NCBI GenBank assembly: GCA_963836075.1
Contig: CAWIIB010000001.1
Span: forward strand, 256,001 to 320,000
From: an uncultured Acidobacteriota bacterium
GTDB taxonomy: Bacteria; Acidobacteriota; JAQAZP01
Direction: 5' to 3'
Length of the DNA stretch: 64,000 nucleotides
The notes under the pieces were generated by a model, which was not told where the DNA came from, searched no databases, and saw only the letters and a list, made by a program, of their open reading frames with translations. Positions 28,745 to 37,956 of this stretch are shown here, piece after piece; the first letter of the stretch is position 1; every line of letters starts with the position of its first letter. A program made the translations under genes and the position numbers.

Positions 28745-29598
28745 TTGAGAAATCCTCGCAAAATCTGGCAGCGATGTGACCGGCGCAGTTTCTCCATGGC
28801 CTTGAACTCGATCTGGCGGATCCGCTCACGGGACAGGTCGAGCTGCTGGCCGATCTCCTTCAGCGTCTGGGGCTCACCACCGCTGAGGCCGAACCTCAGG
28901 CGGATGACCATGGCTTCTTTTTCGCCCAGCTCGCCGAGAAGGCTGAGGATGTGCTGCTCGAGGGATGATTTTATCACCTGGAGGTGTGCGGAAGGAATGG
29001 TGTCCTGCTCGATGCGCTGCCAGAGCTGGAAATCGTGGTTCTCGTCGACGATGGTGTTCAAAGAGATGTTTTCGCGGGAGAAACTCTGGAGGAAGAGGAC
29101 CTCGTCCTCGGTGATGTTCATGCGGTCGGCAATCTCGTCGGCGGTGGGTTTGCGCCGCAGTTTCAGGGCCAGGTCCGATACGTTCTTCCCCAGTTTGTAG
29201 AGCAGGTTTGCCTGTTTCTGGGGCAGACGGAACGAGCCGCCCTTTTCAGCGATGGCGGAGATGATCGACTGGCGGATCCACCACACGGCATAGGTGACGA
29301 ACTTGACCTTGCGGCCGGGGTCGAATCGTTTGGCCGCCTCGATCAGCCCCAGGTTGCCTTCGTTGATCAGATCGAGAAAAGAGAGGCCGGCGCCGCGGTA
29401 GCGCTTGGCAAAGCTGACCACGAACCGCAGGTTGGCTTCCACCATGTGGGTCAGCGCCTCTTCGTCACCCTGCTGGATCCGCAACCCCAGTTCAACTTCT
29501 TCTTCGGCGGTGAGTTTGGCAATGCGGGAAATTTCACGCAGGTAGCGCTTGAGGATCTCTGATTGCGAATCGTACTTCTTGACCTGCTTGTCGTTCAT
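28741..29598 (-). CDS. Sigma-70 family factor lacking region 1.1 (RpoD/RpoS-like)
   Basis: ANLRFVVSFAKRY, DLINEGNLGL, YAVWWIRQ, SRERIRQIE. Confidence 0.92.
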   Translation of the reverse strand: MNDKQVKKYDSQSEILKRYLREISRIAKLTAEEEVELGLRIQQGDEEALTHMVEANLRFVVSFAKRYRGAGLSFLDLINEGNLGLIEAAKRFDPGRKVKFVTYAVWWIRQSIISAIAEKGGSFRLPQKQANLLYKLGKNVSDLALKLRRKPTADEIADRMNITEDEVLFLQSFSRENISLNTIVDENHDFQLWQRIEQDTIPSAHLQVIKSSLEQHILSLLGELGEKEAMVIRLRFGLSGGEPQTLKEIGQQLDLSRERIRQIEFKAMEKLRRSHRCQILRGFLN

Positions 29599-29646
29599 CT
29601 GGTCCCGTTCCGCACTGCTGCGCCGCCCGGGACGATACTCTCCGGG

Positions 29647-30039
29647 CTACCGTCCCGTCCGCCTGATCAGCTTCGCCGGAGGTACGCGTATCAAGGCGTT
29701 TTCGACTTTCTTTTCCAGACCCTCATACTTCCTTTCGAGTTCTGACTGGAGATACTTGAGCAGTTCAAGCATTTCACCCTGCAAAGACTCCATTTTTTCT
29801 TTCATGTTCAGGATAACATCAACCCCGGCGAGGTTGACCCCCATCTCCCTGGTCAAATTGAGGATCAGCTCCAGACGTTCCAGGTCGTCATCGGTGTAGA
29901 CCCGGGTGTTCCCCTCCGTGCGGGACGGTGTTATTAAACCTTCCCGTTCGTATAAGCGCAGGGTTTGCGGGTGTACATCGAATCGTTCGGCCACAGCGCT
30001 GATGAGGTAGACGGTCTGCTTATGCTTTTTTCTGGGCAT
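29647..30039 (-). CDS. hspR: MerR-family heat-shock repressor HspR
   Basis: ISAVAERFDVHPQTLRLYEREGL..PSRTEGNTRVY and GVNLAGV; lies downstream of dnaJ. Confidence 0.9.
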   Translation of the reverse strand: MPRKKHKQTVYLISAVAERFDVHPQTLRLYEREGLITPSRTEGNTRVYTDDDLERLELILNLTREMGVNLAGVDVILNMKEKMESLQGEMLELLKYLQSELERKYEGLEKKVENALIRVPPAKLIRRTGR

Positions 30040-30120
30040 CGGACTCCACTCCGTACTCCGGCCCGTCGCCGCCAGGATGGAGGCTATCATACCGAGCGGT
30101 AGGATGGCCAGCCAGCCGGC

Positions 30121-31044
30121 TCAGGGGATGTCTTTCCGGATCCCGTCCTGGGGGTTGAGACGGGAAAATTCACGGACGATTTCCTTGGACCTCTCGTCGC
30201 TCAGTGCGGGGAGTACGATGCGCACCTCAACATACTGCTGCCCGCGGACACTGCCCCGCAGCGACGGCGCCCCCTTGCCGGCCAGTTTGAATTTCTGACC
30301 GGACTGGGTTCCCGGCGGCACCTTGAAGGTGGTCACACCGTCCACGGTGGGAACCTCCACCCGTGCCCCCAGCAGGGCTTCCTCCAGGGTGATGGGGAGG
30401 ACACAGTAAATATTGTCGCCCCGCCGTTCGAAGAACCGGTGTGCGGCCACCCTGGTGATGATGAACAGGTCTCCGGGCGGTCCGTTGTTCAGGCCGGGCT
30501 CACCCTTGCCGGCCACCCGGACCTTCGAGCCGTCGCTGACCCCCGCCGGTATGCGCACCCGGATCTTTTCGCTGCTCGCGCCACGATTGAGGCTTACCTG
30601 GGAGGAGAGGCCCTTGATGGAATCCTCGAAGGTGATGCTCATGGTGTACTGCAGGTCACTGCCCCGGCGCGGTCCGGTGCGCGGACCGCCGCGGCCGGCC
30701 GCCGAACGGCCGCCGAAGAGCTCCTCGAAGATGTCGCCGAAGCCGCCCTCGCGACCCATGTTGGAAAAGTCGAAGTTGTCGAAAATGGTGCCGTCGAAAT
30801 CGCCGCCCGGGGAAAAGCCGCCCTCGGCGAAACGAGGGCCCAGCGTGTCGTACTTCTTGCGCTTCTCGGGGTCGGAAAGAACGGCGTAGGCCGCGGATAT
30901 CTTCTTGAACCGGCGTTCGGACTCCTTGTCCCCGGGGTTGAGGTCGGGATGGTGCTTGCGGGCCAGCTTGCGGTAGGCCTGCTTGATCTCCGAAGCCGGA
31001 GCGCCCTTTTTCACACCGAGAATGGTGTACAGATCTTCACTCAT
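30121..31044 (-). CDS. Class II J-domain chaperone (DnaJ/CbpA-like, no zinc finger)
   Basis: HPD motif, G/F-rich region and C-terminal domain; no CxxCxGxG repeats. Confidence 0.92.
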   Translation of the reverse strand: MSEDLYTILGVKKGAPASEIKQAYRKLARKHHPDLNPGDKESERRFKKISAAYAVLSDPEKRKKYDTLGPRFAEGGFSPGGDFDGTIFDNFDFSNMGREGGFGDIFEELFGGRSAAGRGGPRTGPRRGSDLQYTMSITFEDSIKGLSSQVSLNRGASSEKIRVRIPAGVSDGSKVRVAGKGEPGLNNGPPGDLFIITRVAAHRFFERRGDNIYCVLPITLEEALLGARVEVPTVDGVTTFKVPPGTQSGQKFKLAGKGAPSLRGSVRGQQYVEVRIVLPALSDERSKEIVREFSRLNPQDGIRKDIP

Positions 31045-31078
31045 TCCGCTTCCCCACCTGCCACCCCGGTCCGGGCAA

Positions 31079-32998
31079 TCAGTTGGACCCCTGTTTGTTG
31101 TCCATGTCCTCGTACTCGGCGTCGATCACGTCCTCCTCAGACGGTGCGCTATCCGCCTGCTGGCCCGCCGCTGAGCCGGCCTGGTCAGCAGCACCGGCAT
31201 CGGTGCTGGCCTGCTGATACATCACTTCGGCCAGCTTGTGCGAAGCGGCGGTGAGCTGCTCGATGCCCTGTTCCATGGCCGTGGTGTCACCGGCCTCGAC
31301 GGCCTTTTTCAGCGATTCAACGGCGTCATCGATATTCCTGGCCTCAGCCTCATCCACCTTGTCACGGTGCTCCTTGAGCGTCTTCTCCGTGCTGTAGATC
31401 AGGGTGTCGGCGCGGTTCTTCAGTTCCACCTCGTGCTGTTTGGCCTTGTCCTCATCAGCATGCATTTCGGCTTCGTTGACCATGTTGTCGATCTCGTCCT
31501 TGCTCAGGCCCGAGGAAGAGGTGATGGTGATCTTCTGCTCCTTGCCGGTGCCCATGTCCTTGGCCGAGACATTGACGATGCCGTTGGCGTCGATATCAAA
31601 GGTCACCTCGATCTGCGGCACCCCGCGTGGCGCGGCCGGGATGCCAACCAGGTGGAACACGCCCAGGGTCCGGTTGCCTTCGGCCATGGGCCGCTCACCC
31701 TGGAGCACCCTGATTTCGACGCTGGTCTGGCTGTCCGCCGCGGTGGAGAAAATCTCGCTCTTCCGCGTGGGGATGGTGGTGTTCTTCTCGATCAGCCTGG
31801 TGCAGACACCGCCGAGGGTCTCGATCCCCAAAGAAAGCGGGGTGACGTCCAGCAGCAGCACGTCCTTGACGTCGCCGGAAAGCACGCCGGCCTGGACGGC
31901 GGCGCCGATGGCCACCACCTCGTCGGGGTTGACGCCCTTGTGCGGCTCCTTGCCGAAGAACTCCTGGACCAGCTCCTGAACCTTGGGGATCCGTGTGGAC
32001 CCGCCCACCATCACCACCTCGTCAACCGACTGCATCCCCGCGTCCTTCATCGCCATGCGGCAGGGACCCATGGTCCGCTGGAGCAGGTCCTCCACCAAAG
32101 ATTCGAACTTGGCCCGGCTGAGCTTGAGCACCAGGTGTTTGGGGCCCGAAGCATCGGCGGTGATGAACGGCAGGTTGATCTCCGTCTCCATGGCCGAAGA
32201 GAGCTCGATCTTCGCCTTCTCCGCGGCTTCCTTCAGCCGCTGCAGGGCCATCTTGTCCTTGCTCAGGTCGATGCCCTGGTCCTTGACAAAGGAATCGACG
32301 ATCCAGTCAATGACCCGCTGGTCGATGTCATCGCCGCCCAGGTGGGTGTCGCCGTTGGTGGATTTCACCTCCACCACTCCATCGCCAACCTCGAGGATCG
32401 AAATGTCGAAGGTGCCACCGCCAAAGTCGTAGACGGCGATGGTCTCGTCTTTCTTCTTGTCCAGGCCGTAGGCCAGCGCCGCCGCGGTGGGCTCATTGAC
32501 GATCCGCTCCACGGTGAGGCCGGCGATCTGGCCGGCATCCTTGGTGGCCTGGCGCTGCGAATCGTTGAAGTAGGCCGGGACGGTGATCACCGCCCGTTCC
32601 ACCTTCTCACCGAGGTAGGCCTCGGCTGCAGACCGCATTTTCTGCAGGATCATCGCCGAAATCTCGGGCGGGGAATAGAGTTTGTCGTCAATCCGCACCC
32701 TGGCGTCACCGCTCTCCGATTTTTCCACCTTGTAGGGCACCAGCTTGATTTCCTCGCTCACCTCATTGTAGCGGCGGCCCATGAACCGTTTGATTGAAGA
32801 GACCGTGTTCTCCGGGTTGGTGATCGCCTGCCGTTTGGCGGCCATGCCCACCAGTCGCTCGTCGTTCTTGGTGAACGCCACCACCGACGGCGTTGTCCGC
32901 CCACCCTCGGGGTTGACGATGACCGTTGGCGCGCTGCCTTCCATTACTGAAACCACGGAGTTGGTGGTTCCGAGGTCGATTCCAATGATTTTGCTCAT
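31079..32998 (-). CDS. dnaK: Chaperone DnaK (Hsp70)
   Basis: [34 protein letters not shown]. Confidence 0.99.
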   Translation of the reverse strand: MSKIIGIDLGTTNSVVSVMEGSAPTVIVNPEGGRTTPSVVAFTKNDERLVGMAAKRQAITNPENTVSSIKRFMGRRYNEVSEEIKLVPYKVEKSESGDARVRIDDKLYSPPEISAMILQKMRSAAEAYLGEKVERAVITVPAYFNDSQRQATKDAGQIAGLTVERIVNEPTAAALAYGLDKKKDETIAVYDFGGGTFDISILEVGDGVVEVKSTNGDTHLGGDDIDQRVIDWIVDSFVKDQGIDLSKDKMALQRLKEAAEKAKIELSSAMETEINLPFITADASGPKHLVLKLSRAKFESLVEDLLQRTMGPCRMAMKDAGMQSVDEVVMVGGSTRIPKVQELVQEFFGKEPHKGVNPDEVVAIGAAVQAGVLSGDVKDVLLLDVTPLSLGIETLGGVCTRLIEKNTTIPTRKSEIFSTAADSQTSVEIRVLQGERPMAEGNRTLGVFHLVGIPAAPRGVPQIEVTFDIDANGIVNVSAKDMGTGKEQKITITSSSGLSKDEIDNMVNEAEMHADEDKAKQHEVELKNRADTLIYSTEKTLKEHRDKVDEAEARNIDDAVESLKKAVEAGDTTAMEQGIEQLTAASHKLAEVMYQQASTDAGAADQAGSAAGQQADSAPSEEDVIDAEYEDMDNKQGSN

Positions 32999-33103
32999 TA
33001 CTCAATAGCCTCCACTGTTATTCAATTAATCGGGACCCGCCGGGATAGGTTCAACGACCATCCGTTCAGCAGTCCCGTGTTCCATCTGATTCAGTGCCTG
33101 CTT

Positions 33104-33133
33104 TTTATAGGATATGAGTCTCTTCTTGTCAAC
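33104..33133 (-). promoter_or_regulatory. dnaK sigma70 promoter with an overlapping HAIR (HspR operator)
   Basis: TTGACA-17bp-TATAAA on the minus strand; TATGAGT-N7-TGTCAAC (33113-33133) versus HAIR consensus CTTGAGT-N7-ACTCAAG. Confidence 0.78.
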
Positions 33134-33230
33134 TAAATCTGTGAAAGAAATTGAAGAAATGCTATAGGATGCGGAAAGAGAGGATAAAAAGCATGATACT
33201 GACTGGAAATCTAGTTATTTCAACGGTTGA

Positions 33231-33647
33231 CTACGAACCAAGAATTGACATGGTGATCCGGCGATCTCGCTGGCCGTTGTCGAAATCGATGAGCACGATC
33301 TGCTGCCAGGTGCCGAGGAGGAGACGGTTTTCCCTGATCGGAATGGTCAGGGAGGGTCCCAATAGTGCTGCCCTGACATGGGAAAAGCCGTTTCCATCCC
33401 CCCACCGGGCATCGTGGGCATACCCCATATCCTGGGGAGCCAGCCGCTGGATGGCCTGCCTGAGGTCGTCAACGGCACCGGATTCGAATTCAAGGGTGGT
33501 CAAAGCGGCAGTGGAGCCGGGTATGAACAGGTTGAGCAGCCCCTGGCCCGGTTGGGCCTGCCGGACAAACCCGGCTGCCTGTTCGGTGATGTCGATGATG
33601 TGGCAAAAACCTTCTGTGGCAATGGTGATGTCGCGGCACTGCATCAC
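33231..33647 (-). CDS. YjbQ family protein (UPF0047)
   Basis: GSTAALTT.E, Y.HD, NGFSHVRA, LGTWQ...DFD. Confidence 0.9.
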   Translation of the reverse strand: MMQCRDITIATEGFCHIIDITEQAAGFVRQAQPGQGLLNLFIPGSTAALTTLEFESGAVDDLRQAIQRLAPQDMGYAHDARWGDGNGFSHVRAALLGPSLTIPIRENRLLLGTWQQIVLIDFDNGQRDRRITMSILGS

Positions 33648-34846
33648 TGCGCCTCATCAGTGGCCGTGACCGGATCCTCCACCTTAGCTGCCGGGGGCCT
33701 GGAGTGGGGGGCGAGGCTGAAGCCGTTGCCCTTTTGCAGATAGGCATACCGCTCTCCGGAGTTACTGTCGATATCTTCCTCGTTCACGAAGCCGTCTTCC
33801 ACCAGCAGCGACAGCCCTTCGGGGTAAGCGCCTTTCTCCAGGCGGTAGGCTTCCAGCTGCTCCACCACCAGGTGGGTCCTGTTGGTTTCGCGGAGCATGT
33901 CCAGCCGCGCAGCACGGTCATTGTCGGTGAGTCCCCTGATGAGAATATTCAGTGGATTCAGCTGCAGCCGGGGAACGGTCACCGCCAGGACAACCGCCAT
34001 GGCCGCCCCGAGCACGGCGGAGACGGCAAACCGCCCGCCCCTTCCCCGCGCGGCGACTGTTCCGCTCTGCGGACGTTCGGCACTGCTTCGTCCGTCACCC
34101 GACTGGGTGATCAGTCCCAGACCCAGCAGGTTGCACAGAACAGAGGCGGTATTGAAGTCGTGTGTTGGTGACAGCTCCTGAATCTCGGATACCGTGCGGA
34201 CCCCATCCACAAGGTCGTACACCTCGTATTCCTCTCCAGAGATCCTGATCTGGCCCGAATCAACACCCGCTCCCCCGTCATCGTCGTTCACCACCACCTG
34301 GCCGGCCACCGACGTCCTGCTGAACACCAGATCGGCGGTGCGCAGCTTGCGCTCCAGCAGCGGCCACTCGTCCATCATCCGCACGCCTTCCATCAGCACG
34401 GATTCGGAATGGATGGGCGTGAAGTGCTCACCGTCGTAATCGATGTTCGCTTCCTGGATGAAACTGTACTCCCCGTCAGTCCAGCGGAATACCGGGTAGA
34501 TGATCTTTTCCACCTGCAACTGAAGGGCCTTGCGTACCTGGTCACCGGATACCGCTTGCTGACCCAGCAGTACGGTCCACAGCCGTTCCAGTGTCTGCTG
34601 TTGCGCGTGCCGCGCCTCCTGCAGCTGGTCCGCAGTGCAGTGGCCCCACCGGAGCAGGGCGGTGGCCACCCGTTCTTCCAGGCGCTGCTCTACCGACTCC
34701 GCGGAGACAATGGACCCCTGGGCAAAACTGATGCTGATGCGGTCATCGCTGCCGTGCAGGTTGAGCACGCCTGTTTTTCGCTGAATGCCGATAAGCTGAA
34801 GGATGTCGGCGAGGGAGAAATCCTTCAATGTTCCCTTGAGTGCCAT
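33644..34846 (-). CDS. DUF4388-domain membrane protein with a GspG/pilin-like C-terminus
   Basis: MALKGTLKDFSLADILQLI...KTGVL N-terminus, LMEGVRMMDEW, one TM helix, then LEAYRLEKGAYP..L..LV. Confidence 0.78.
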   Translation of the reverse strand: MALKGTLKDFSLADILQLIGIQRKTGVLNLHGSDDRISISFAQGSIVSAESVEQRLEERVATALLRWGHCTADQLQEARHAQQQTLERLWTVLLGQQAVSGDQVRKALQLQVEKIIYPVFRWTDGEYSFIQEANIDYDGEHFTPIHSESVLMEGVRMMDEWPLLERKLRTADLVFSRTSVAGQVVVNDDDGGAGVDSGQIRISGEEYEVYDLVDGVRTVSEIQELSPTHDFNTASVLCNLLGLGLITQSGDGRSSAERPQSGTVAARGRGGRFAVSAVLGAAMAVVLAVTVPRLQLNPLNILIRGLTDNDRAARLDMLRETNRTHLVVEQLEAYRLEKGAYPEGLSLLVEDGFVNEEDIDSNSGERYAYLQKGNGFSLAPHSRPPAAKVEDPVTATDEAQ

Positions 34847-36972
34847 CAGTCACCTCCCTCGTCGCCGCCGTCTCTCGGCTGGCCGGGAGCAAGACGCAGG
34901 GTGCCCATGAAGCGCCAGCTGCCGCTGCGCAGAACCTGTACGACCCAGCTGACCAGAGAGGCCCCCCAGAGCAAGGCGGCGAGGATACCGGCCACCAGGA
35001 CCAGCGGGTCGAGGCTCCACGACGGTGAGCGCAGGCCGATATGGGGCAGGTAGCGAGGCAGCGCCAGGATCACGGTGATGAGGAAAATCCAACTGCCGGC
35101 CACCAGGCCGCCCGTCAGGGTCCTGCCCCCGCGCATGCTCTCCAGGCCCGGAATGGAGAGGGTCAGCAGGGCCTCGCGCAGAATCCTCCACAGCCGGTGA
35201 CGCCGAATCTGGTCCAGTTTCCGTTTCTTGATTCCGGGTGATATGCCGCTCCTTCTGGAATCGAGCTGGGCGCACTGCTGGCAGTGCGGTTGTTTGACCG
35301 GGTCGGGACCGCAGTGGCGGCAGTATGCCCGGCCGCAGGAACTGCAGCGGCCGATCCTCTCGTGGCGGCAGATCCATCCCAGCAGCAGACCGAGCAGTGC
35401 TGACAGCAGGGCCGCCACGGGGAGGATGAGAATCCCCCCTCCCCTGCTGGAACTCCGGACCCCTGGAATGACCCGCCCCAGACCGGCAAAGTGTCGTCGG
35501 GCATTGACGCGCAGCGCATCCCAGGCCAGCTCCCAGAGAAAGGACGGCGGGATTTGATGGTCCAGGGTCCTCAGCCCGCGGGCCTCCTCGCTGATCAGCT
35601 TGCCGATGGCCAGCGGGGCGAGCCGCTGGGCCCTGCTCAACGACTGGTCGGAGTGGTCGAAGTCGTAGACCTGGAACTGGGCGTTGCTGAGATTGAAGTG
35701 GCACTCAGCGTATTGAGGCCGGATGTCGATGGCCGCGCGGTAGTGCTGGGTTGCCAGGTCGAACTGGTGCATGGAGAAATAGATATTGCCGATATTGTTC
35801 TGGGCCATGGGATAGAGGTAGTGGTAGACCGGGATCGACGCATAGCTCTGGAACGCCTCGTCGTCACGGCCCATCCTGCGGTGAATTCCGGCAACAAGAA
35901 AGGTCTGTTCCTGCCGGTACCCCAGGCGATTCTCCTGTTCCGGTTCACTGGCGCCTTCGCGGAGCAGCGCCTCCCCGCGGGGAGAAAGCAGCTTGTTCTG
36001 CAATGCCTCGCTGAACAACCGCAGGTCGTCTGTGCTCAGGTCCCGGTAGGTTCCCACCACCGTGTCCACGGCGGGAACCAGAAAGGCCAGAAAAAGCAGG
36101 GAGGCCAGAGCCAGCAGACGCTCCACCCGGGTGGCAAAGCGCCAGAACATCGCGGTCCAGCAACAGAACAGCCAGAAGGGACCGAAACAGAGCAACAGCG
36201 GTGCCAGCAGCAGGAACCAGCCGAACATGGGGAGCAGGCTGCCGGGTATCCGCTCGCGCCAGGCCTCGCTGACCGAGTGACGGAGAAGTTTCTGATAGCG
36301 GGCGGCGATCACCAGCTGCAACAGACAGGTCATCACCGCCAGGGTGAGGGCCAGGACCAGAGACAGGTTGACCAGTGAGGTCAGCGCAGGCCAGAAGGTG
36401 CGGTTCAGCGCCGAGAGCGAGGCGGCGATATACCCCGGCGCCGAGAACGGCGTCCGGCCGAGGCTGATTTCGGCCTTGGCCGAGAGGGACGGGAGGTGGA
36501 CGGGGTTCAGCGTCAGAGCGGCATCAAGGCTGCGCCTGGCCTGCTCCAGGTGTTTGCGTTCCGTCAGCAGGTGTGCCTCATGGACCAGATTGGCCTCCAA
36601 CCCGCTCACCGAGCTGTACCCCTGCTGCTGCAGGATATCCAGCAGCGTGTCCAGGCTCGCCGGTCCCGTGTCGTAGTCCCCGGTCTCCTGCACCGCGGTT
36701 TTGCGGTTGTCCCACACTTTTGCGACCCGTTTGCGGATATCCGACCTGTTTTCCTCCGCCATTTTCTGACGGGCCGGCGGCAGGACGTATATTTCCCCGG
36801 GCCGTGACACCGGCTCCACGTCGTATGTCCTGCCGTTGGCCGGCGGCGCGCTTTCCTGGGCCTGGACCAGCGGCAGCGCACAGCAGCACCAGCAGATCAG
36901 AACCAGCAGCGCCGGGCCCAACAGGGGAGCATTCCGGCAGCGGATTTCTTTCAATCTTGCGCGTGCGTTCAA
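34846..36972 (-). CDS. Multi-pass membrane TPR protein with a Cys-rich (Zn-finger-like) domain
   Basis: TPR-like AQNNIGNIY...A...Y..AI...P, several TM segments, CSSCGRAYCRHC...CQQC. Confidence 0.72.
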   Translation of the reverse strand: MNARARLKEIRCRNAPLLGPALLVLICWCCCALPLVQAQESAPPANGRTYDVEPVSRPGEIYVLPPARQKMAEENRSDIRKRVAKVWDNRKTAVQETGDYDTGPASLDTLLDILQQQGYSSVSGLEANLVHEAHLLTERKHLEQARRSLDAALTLNPVHLPSLSAKAEISLGRTPFSAPGYIAASLSALNRTFWPALTSLVNLSLVLALTLAVMTCLLQLVIAARYQKLLRHSVSEAWRERIPGSLLPMFGWFLLLAPLLLCFGPFWLFCCWTAMFWRFATRVERLLALASLLFLAFLVPAVDTVVGTYRDLSTDDLRLFSEALQNKLLSPRGEALLREGASEPEQENRLGYRQEQTFLVAGIHRRMGRDDEAFQSYASIPVYHYLYPMAQNNIGNIYFSMHQFDLATQHYRAAIDIRPQYAECHFNLSNAQFQVYDFDHSDQSLSRAQRLAPLAIGKLISEEARGLRTLDHQIPPSFLWELAWDALRVNARRHFAGLGRVIPGVRSSSRGGGILILPVAALLSALLGLLLGWICRHERIGRCSSCGRAYCRHCGPDPVKQPHCQQCAQLDSRRSGISPGIKKRKLDQIRRHRLWRILREALLTLSIPGLESMRGGRTLTGGLVAGSWIFLITVILALPRYLPHIGLRSPSWSLDPLVLVAGILAALLWGASLVSWVVQVLRSGSWRFMGTLRLAPGQPRDGGDEGGD

Positions 36973-37079
36973 ATCGTTCTAAACTCCTTGCCCCGAAGCA
37001 GAGCGGTCCTGCATGAGCATCCAGAGCATTGTTTATCTGGCTTCTCTTTTCTTTATCGGCCCTTCGAATGAGGAAATTG

Positions 37080-37952
37080 ATGAGTTTCAATAATACCGAT
37101 CAGCAGCACGATCCATTGCTGCAGCGCTTCCGCTCACTGGTTTCCCTGGTGGAGCGACTCCGCGGCCCTGGTGGGTGCCCCTGGGACCGTGTCCAGACCG
37201 CCCAGGACCTGCGGACCTATATCCTGGAGGAGGTTTACGAGGTGATCGACGCCATCGACCGTCGTGACGCGCCGGCGCTGCAGGAGGAACTGGGCGACCT
37301 GCTCTTCCAGGTGCTGTTCATGGCCAGTGTGGGCACGGAGGCCGGCGCCTTTGATCTCGGCGCCGTGATTGATGCGGTGGAACGCAAGATGGTCCGCCGC
37401 CACCCCCACGTGTTCGGCGATGCCGACGCCGAGACCCCGGAAGATGTGGTTGACCGCTGGACAAGGATCAAGGCCCGGGAGAAGCAATCGGGTTGCCGAG
37501 GTGCCCATGGCGGCGGTGACGGGTATCTGGACGGGCTGCCCGCGGTCCTGCCCGCGCTCTATCGGACGCACAAGCTGTCCACCCGCACGGCCCGGGTGGG
37601 GTTTGACTGGCCCGACGCGGCAGGGGTGTTGGAAAAGATCGACGAGGAGTTGGGTGAGTTCCGCCAGGCGCTGGCCGCCGGTGATGTGCCGGGGCAGCGG
37701 CACGAGATCGGCGACCTGCTGTTCACCGTGGCCAACCTCTCCCGACACTGCGGGATCGACCCCGAACAGGCACTGATGGAATGCAACAGCCGGTTCCACC
37801 GCCGCTTCCACCGCATGGAGCAGTTGCTCCACCGGGACGACACAACGTTGGAGGACGCGTCCCAGGAACTGCTGGAACGGATGTGGGAGCAGGCGAAGAG
37901 CGAAGAGCAGGACCCCGACGGGTTTACCTTTCTGGGTCCAGCGGCGGAATGA
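37080..37952 (+). CDS. mazG: Nucleoside triphosphate pyrophosphohydrolase
   Basis: GCPWD, EEVYE, EELGDLL, RRHPHVF, GFDW, EIGDLLF. Confidence 0.95.
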   Translation: MSFNNTDQQHDPLLQRFRSLVSLVERLRGPGGCPWDRVQTAQDLRTYILEEVYEVIDAIDRRDAPALQEELGDLLFQVLFMASVGTEAGAFDLGAVIDAVERKMVRRHPHVFGDADAETPEDVVDRWTRIKAREKQSGCRGAHGGGDGYLDGLPAVLPALYRTHKLSTRTARVGFDWPDAAGVLEKIDEELGEFRQALAAGDVPGQRHEIGDLLFTVANLSRHCGIDPEQALMECNSRFHRRFHRMEQLLHRDDTTLEDASQELLERMWEQAKSEEQDPDGFTFLGPAAE

Positions 37953-37956
37953 CCGC

